Source: Neovahlkampfia damariscottae | Lineage: Eukaryota | Reading direction: 5' to 3' | Assembly (NCBI GenBank): GCA_016618085.1 | Contig: JABLTG010000111.1 | Coordinates: 1-64,000 of the forward strand | Length of the DNA: 64,000 nt | Shown here: positions 59,278 to 64,000 of the stretch, piece by piece | Numbering within the stretch: position 1 is the stretch's first letter | Layout: every line of letters starts with the position of its first letter | Made by a program: the position numbers and the translations under genes | The notes under the pieces: model-generated | The model's database searches: none | What the model saw: the letters and a program-made list of their open reading frames with translations, nothing else | Told to the model about the DNA's origin: nothing

Positions 59278-59856
59278 TTATTCTTCATCTTCTTCTGCTA
59301 AAGCTTCAAGAGCATCAGCGTATGATTCTAAAGCTTCTGCTTGTTCCACTTCTAAAGCATTTGATCCACAAGCAACATTTGCTGCATTAGATAAAGCTGT
59401 TGCTGTGGAATATTGTCCTCCTTGTTGTAACGCGGAACTAATAAAGAAAATTAAAAAAAATAAAGTGTCAAACATTAAAGCTGAACATTGACAACTTGTT
59501 GAAGTTGTTGCTGGACGAGTCATTCCTCCAGGAGAAACTCCTCCAGGAAATAATTTAGCTTTTTTGAATCCTTGAACATTTCCTGGTTGAAGAGGATTTC
59601 TTGTGCAAATGTATGAGCCAAAAGTATTTTCAAGTTGTGAGTATGAGTCAAGTTTGACGGCTCCATTTGGGCAACCTGCTTTACAGTATTTGTTGTAACC
59701 AATTGGTGACCATGAACCTGGACCAGCATTCATTGCTGAACCACAGTTTAAGGTTTCAGCTCCAAGTGTTGTGACACCTCCTCCGATACAAGTCATTGGT
59801 ACTGACATTGCTTGATAAAATAAAACAAGTACAACAAATAATAATACTTTGTTCAT
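59278..59856 (-). CDS. Secreted 8-Cys protein, tandem family member 2
   Basis: Same motifs, with an in-frame 36-nt intron at 59438-59473. Confidence 0.85.
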   Translation of the reverse strand: MNKVLLFVVLVLFYQAMSVPMTCIGGGVTTLGAETLNCGSAMNAGPGSWSPIGYNKYCKAGCPNGAVKLDSYSQLENTFGSYICTRNPLQPGNVQGFKKAKLFPGGVSPGGMTRPATTSTSCQCSALMFDTLFFLIFFISSALQQGGQYSTATALSNAANVACGSNALEVEQAEALESYADALEALAEEDEE

Positions 59857-60059
59857 CTTTTTTTTGTCTGTTTAGTTTGAAAAATGATTGGTTCAAAGAA
59901 GATTCATTCGGAATTAATAGATAAATGAGATGTCAGAATTGAACAAAAATTAAATTATTTTTTTAGAAAAAAAAATCAAGTAATCAACAAATTTTTGTTA
60001 TTCCGAAATTGAAGTTCAATTTTGTGAGAAGAAATCCTGTAATAGAAAATTCAACAAAT

Positions 60060-60603
60060 TTATTCTTCTTCTGCTAAGGCTTCAAGAGCATCAGCATATG
60101 TTTCCAAGGCTTCTGCTTGTTCCACTTCTAAAGCGTTTGATCCACAAGCAACATTTGAAGCACTAGACAAAGCAGCAGCTACGGAGTGCTTTCCATGTTG
60201 TTGTAATTTGGAACTAAAAAAATTAAAAAAAAAAATCAAACATTAAAGTTGAACATTTACAATTGCTACCTGATTGAGTTCCATAAATTGAGTATCTGGA
60301 TGAACTGAATCCTTCAACATTTCCACCTTGAGGATTTTTTGAGCAAATGTAAGAACTGAAAGAGTTTTTTAGTTGTGAGTATTGATCAAGTTTCACAGCT
60401 CCAGCCATACAATTTGCTTTACAATAATAGTTATAACCTGTTGGAGTCCATGAAGAGCCAATTCCTGGTCCTGTTGTAATCGCTGAGCCACAGTCCAAAG
60501 TTTCAGTTCCAAGTGATGCCACACCACCTCCGATACAAGTCATAGGTACAGTTAAAGTTTGATAGAACAAAACAAAGAAGAGAAGTGCGAGAGTTTTGTT
60601 CAT
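60060..60603 (-). CDS. Secreted 8-Cys protein, tandem family member 3
   Basis: Same motifs, intron 60214-60241, tail ACGSNALEVEQAEALETYADALEALAEEE*. Confidence 0.85.
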
Positions 60604-60703
60604 TCGAGTATGGTATTGATTGGTCAAAAAGTTGACCCACTCCAATTAAAAACAATTCATTCTTCATTTGTTGATAGTCAAGAATTTTTTTATTTGACCA
60701 ATT

Positions 60704-61344
60704 TTATTCTTCTAAAGCTTCAAGAGCATCAACGTATGCTTCTAGTGTTTCTGCTTGTTCTTCTTCGAGAGTGTTTGAGCTACATGCAACGTTAGCAGCA
60801 TTTTCTAGAACATTTGCATCTGCATTTTTGTTTTGTTGTCTTAATGCAGAACTAAAAAATGATGAAATTAAAAAAATAAATCAAACACTAAAACTGAACA
60901 TCTACAGCTACTTCCAGATGAAGATGGTTTGATTGAACCTGCCGGTTCATTTGGTTTCGTTGGCTTTAAGACTCTTACTGGTGGTCTAAATGTAGGTTTT
61001 TTTGTTGGTTTTCTAACTGGTTTAGTTGTCTTTCTATATCTTCTGAACCTTCCAAATCTAAGTACACTTGTAGGTCCATTTTTTGAACAAATGAAATCAC
61101 TAAATGTCATTTTGAGATAAGAGTAACCATCAAGTTTCACTCTTCCATTTGGACAATTAGCTTGGCAATAATAGTTGTATTTAACATGAACAATTGCGTG
61201 TTCTCCATTTGCTGAGCTCAATGATGAACCACAACCTAACGTTTGAGCTCCAAGTGTTGCCACACCACCTCCTATACAAGTCATAGGAACTGATAAGGTT
61301 TGATAAAACATCACAAGTACGACGATAACAAAAGTTCTGTTCAT
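60704..61344 (-). CDS. Secreted 8-Cys protein, tandem family member 4
   Basis: Same motifs, intron 60852-60886, and an Arg/Lys/Pro-rich insertion. Confidence 0.85.
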
Positions 61345-61794
61345 GTCTGTTTTTTGACGAATAGGATTTGAAAACTGATGTGATTGGCTGGAGTAGAAAA
61401 TAAATCTTAATTAGAATTAATGGTAAAACTCATGAAAAATTTTTTTATTGATTCCATTCCTTCTTACATTTTTTTTTCAATAATCTTTTCATAATGGTGA
61501 AGTAGAATAAAACATGATAAAAAAGAATATAAATCTTTCATTGTGAAATCTTCAGCATGAAAATATGTTTGGGTTTTTAAATTTTTCATCACTTCTTTTT
61601 TTCTTTTTCTCTTTAATATTCGTCTTAATAAATCTATTGTCAGAACAAGTTGCATCATCAATTAAATCACTGAGTATTTTGTCTGGCAACCTCTGGAATC
61701 TAATCTTGGAAATCTTGGTTCCTTTTCAACATCCACTATTTGAAATGGAAGGACAATCTAATTGGACCAAAAAAAAAATACTTCAACGACAAAA

Positions 61795-62164
61795 ATGTCG
61801 ATGTCCTCGCTCACTGATGCTTTGGAACTGGAAAAATCGGTTGAGGATAGTTTAAAAAATCTTCAAGGAGTCACCGGTTTAGGGGTATTAGACCCAAATG
61901 GAAGCATATTGAGCGTAAGATCAAAAAAAAATTAAAAAAAAAAAAGAAAGCAGGTTCGTTTGATAAAAAACCAGAACTATTAGAAGAAATTTTTCAAATG
62001 CTAAAAGATGTAAGAGGTTTAGTAAAAAAAGAAAAAGTTGAAAATATCACTGGTTTGTCTTTAATTTCAATTAAAAAAATTTTTAAGTAAATTTCGATAC
62101 TTATGAATATATAATCTGTTTTAATGAGAACAAAATTTATGTTGTATTAAAAAATAAAGAATAA
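61795..62164 (+). CDS. LAMTOR4-like roadblock protein (three exons, missed by ORF track)
   Basis: Spliced translation LKNLQGVTGLGVLDPNGSILSKAGSF...ENITVNFDTYEYIICFNENKIYVV, a roadblock pattern. Confidence 0.65.
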
Positions 62165-62171
62165 AATTTAT

Positions 62172-62517
62172 TTAAAAATTTTGAGTTGGATTTGCTTTCC
62201 AGGCCTCAAATTCATTTTCTAATTCTCTCGTTTGTTTATAGATTTGATCAAATTTTTGTTTTTTTAATTTCAATTCATGTTGTTTTTCCTTGATCAAAGT
62301 TTTATAATCTTTTGGAAAATAAACTGAAGACTCACGAACAAAACAAATCTAAAAAATAAATTTCAATAAAAAATTAACTTTCTCTTTTGAATTCATCAAT
62401 TCATCAATTAATATCTCCAATTCTTTAACCTTTAAAATTCAATTTTTTTTTTTTTACTTGTTTGTTTTGTGTGAATACTTCTGTTTGCAAATCGGGTAGT
62501 TTTAAAAATTTCTCCAT
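62172..62517 (-). CDS. Small coiled-coil protein, possibly prefoldin-beta-like (three exons)
   Basis: Spliced translation MEKFLKLPDLQTE...VKELEILIDEL...ICFVRESSVYFPKDYKTLIKEKQHEL...NF*. Confidence 0.45.
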
Positions 62518-62581
62518 TTTTATTGGATCAAAAAAATCCACCAATAAAACTTCATATAAATTTACCCTTTCTCTAACGGCC

Positions 62582-64000
62582 ATGAACAACAGTTTACTGG
62601 GTAGTTTTGAAGAAATAGAACTATATGAGTCTTATCAAAAGTTCATATTGGCACCAAAAATCAAAGTACCAAATCGTCATCGAGTACAAAAAACTCAGTC
62701 AAACTATGAGCATTTATTAATTATTGACAGGTAAATAAACAAAATCAGTTTTGACTATTTCTTCAGACATAGTCAAAAAATGGAACAACTTAAAGGTTCA
62801 AACTTTTTTTTTAATTCTCAAAAAAAAAATAGTTGAAGAAGAGAAAGCATATTCTTTATTTAAGACTATGAAATCAATGACAAGAATTTATGGTCTTTTA
62901 GGTGTCGTTGAACTTTTAGCAGGTTCTTATCTTGTAGTTGTACTAGAACGTGAATTTGTAGGTTTTCTTCATCACCACAAAAGTAAGAAAAAAAAAAAAA
63001 AAATTCAAACTTGAAAGTATATCTTTTGAAGAAAATACAACTGATTCCTTTTACACTTTCAAAATTCCAAAAGCTTAGTAACCTCAAAAAAAGTCGTGAA
63101 ATTTCCTACATTGAAATGATTCATCAAGTTTATGTGTTGGAAAAAAGTTTTTATTTTTCATACACTTTTGATTTGACAAGATCTATTCAAGACCAACGTA
63201 ATGGATTTGATATTGAAAAAACATGTGAAGAATTCTTTTATAACAAAAATTTATCAACTCAAATTCTAAAATTTCCAGGATATGCTCTTCCAATGATTAG
63301 AGGTTATGTTGAAATTGTTAAAACTCAAGTGAACAAGAAAATTGTTTATTATGGAGTTATTTCAAGAGTTGGTTGTAAAAGAGTTGGTACAAGATATAAT
63401 TGTAGGGGTGCTGATTTAGAAGGAAATGTTGCAAATTATACAGAAACTGAACAATTCTTAACTTGTAAGTGTTTTTTTGTTGTTTGAAACTTATTTGAAA
63501 AGATGAAGGAAAATTATGTTCGTTTGTTGAAATTAGAGGATCTATTCCACTCCTTTGGACTCAATTTCCTGATTTACGTTATACACCAGAAATTAAATTT
63601 TCTGATAAAGATCCAAAGAAACACGTAAGTTCAATTCCTTTGGTGGAACTAATTTTTTTTTTGTAGAGAGAAGCTTTCATCAAACATTTCACAAAACTAA
63701 TCAAAAGAAGAGGAAAAACAACAGTTGTCAATCTCACAAAAGAGTCATCTCATGAACAAGTCATCACAGAAACATTTGGAAGATTCTTGGAAAAAACAAA
63801 ATTTACACCTGAAATTAAATACGTCTATTTCAATTTCCATCATGAAACAAAAGGTTTAAACATGGATAAAACAAATATTTTATTAGATAGATTAAAAGAC
63901 ACAATGGTTGAAATGAAATATTATTGTGAAGATATCACAGAAAAATCCAAAAGACGTTCAATCAATGATCCAATTGTCAAGATTTTTCCAAATGAAATTA
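62582..64000 (+). CDS. SAC-domain phosphoinositide phosphatase (3'-truncated by window edge)
   Basis: Motifs IYGLLG, FYFSYTFDLTRSIQ, RVGTRYNCRGADLEGNVANYTETEQ, RGSIPLLWTQ and FNFH. Confidence 0.92.

Noticed and set aside
8244..61120. Numerous 60-125 aa antisense or overlapping ORFs in the track
   Set aside because: They are shadows of real genes in AT-rich DNA, many with TTG/GTG starts, and carry no motifs.
61440..61780. Coding-like sequence on the minus strand next to the 8-Cys array
   Set aside because: No consistent frame and no family motifs, so it is not a fifth paralog.

Overview
This is a very AT-rich, gene-dense eukaryotic (protist) nuclear segment in the standard genetic code. Introns are tiny GT-AG spliceosomal introns of about 28-49 nt, intergenic gaps are very short, and a CCAAT/ATTGG motif sits shortly upstream of most start codons. 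The gene repertoire (DUF4116-type repeats, RGS-membrane proteins, a hybrid histidine kinase, a Fanzor2-like nuclease) suggests a heterolobosean amoeba, which is inference only. About 35 host genes are recognisable, including ENPP, an MFS transporter, NOA1, G-alpha, a VAMP7-like SNARE, WDR70, UFSP, SMYD, RRP4, MCM6, a PPR protein, TRIC, a P450, importin-7/8, ceramidase, Sec61beta, a LAMTOR4-like gene and SAC1, plus three tRNA genes. Several were missed by the ORF track because of micro-introns. Highlights: (1) the 3' end of a Fanzor2/IS607-TnpB-like RNA-guided nuclease gene with a candidate omegaRNA and transposon end at 1-380, apparently inserted into a host zinc-finger gene; (2) a mobile-DNA island at 19.6-22.3 kb with a pogo fragment, a bacterial-type Rpn nuclease carrying an NLS-like leader, and two long inverted repeats; (3) virus-type gene remnants at 35.8-36.3 kb; (4) a tandem array of four unrecognised secreted 8-cysteine proteins with hypervariable loops and an acidic tail at 58.7-61.3 kb. 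All calls come from manual translation and motif recognition. No database searches were run.
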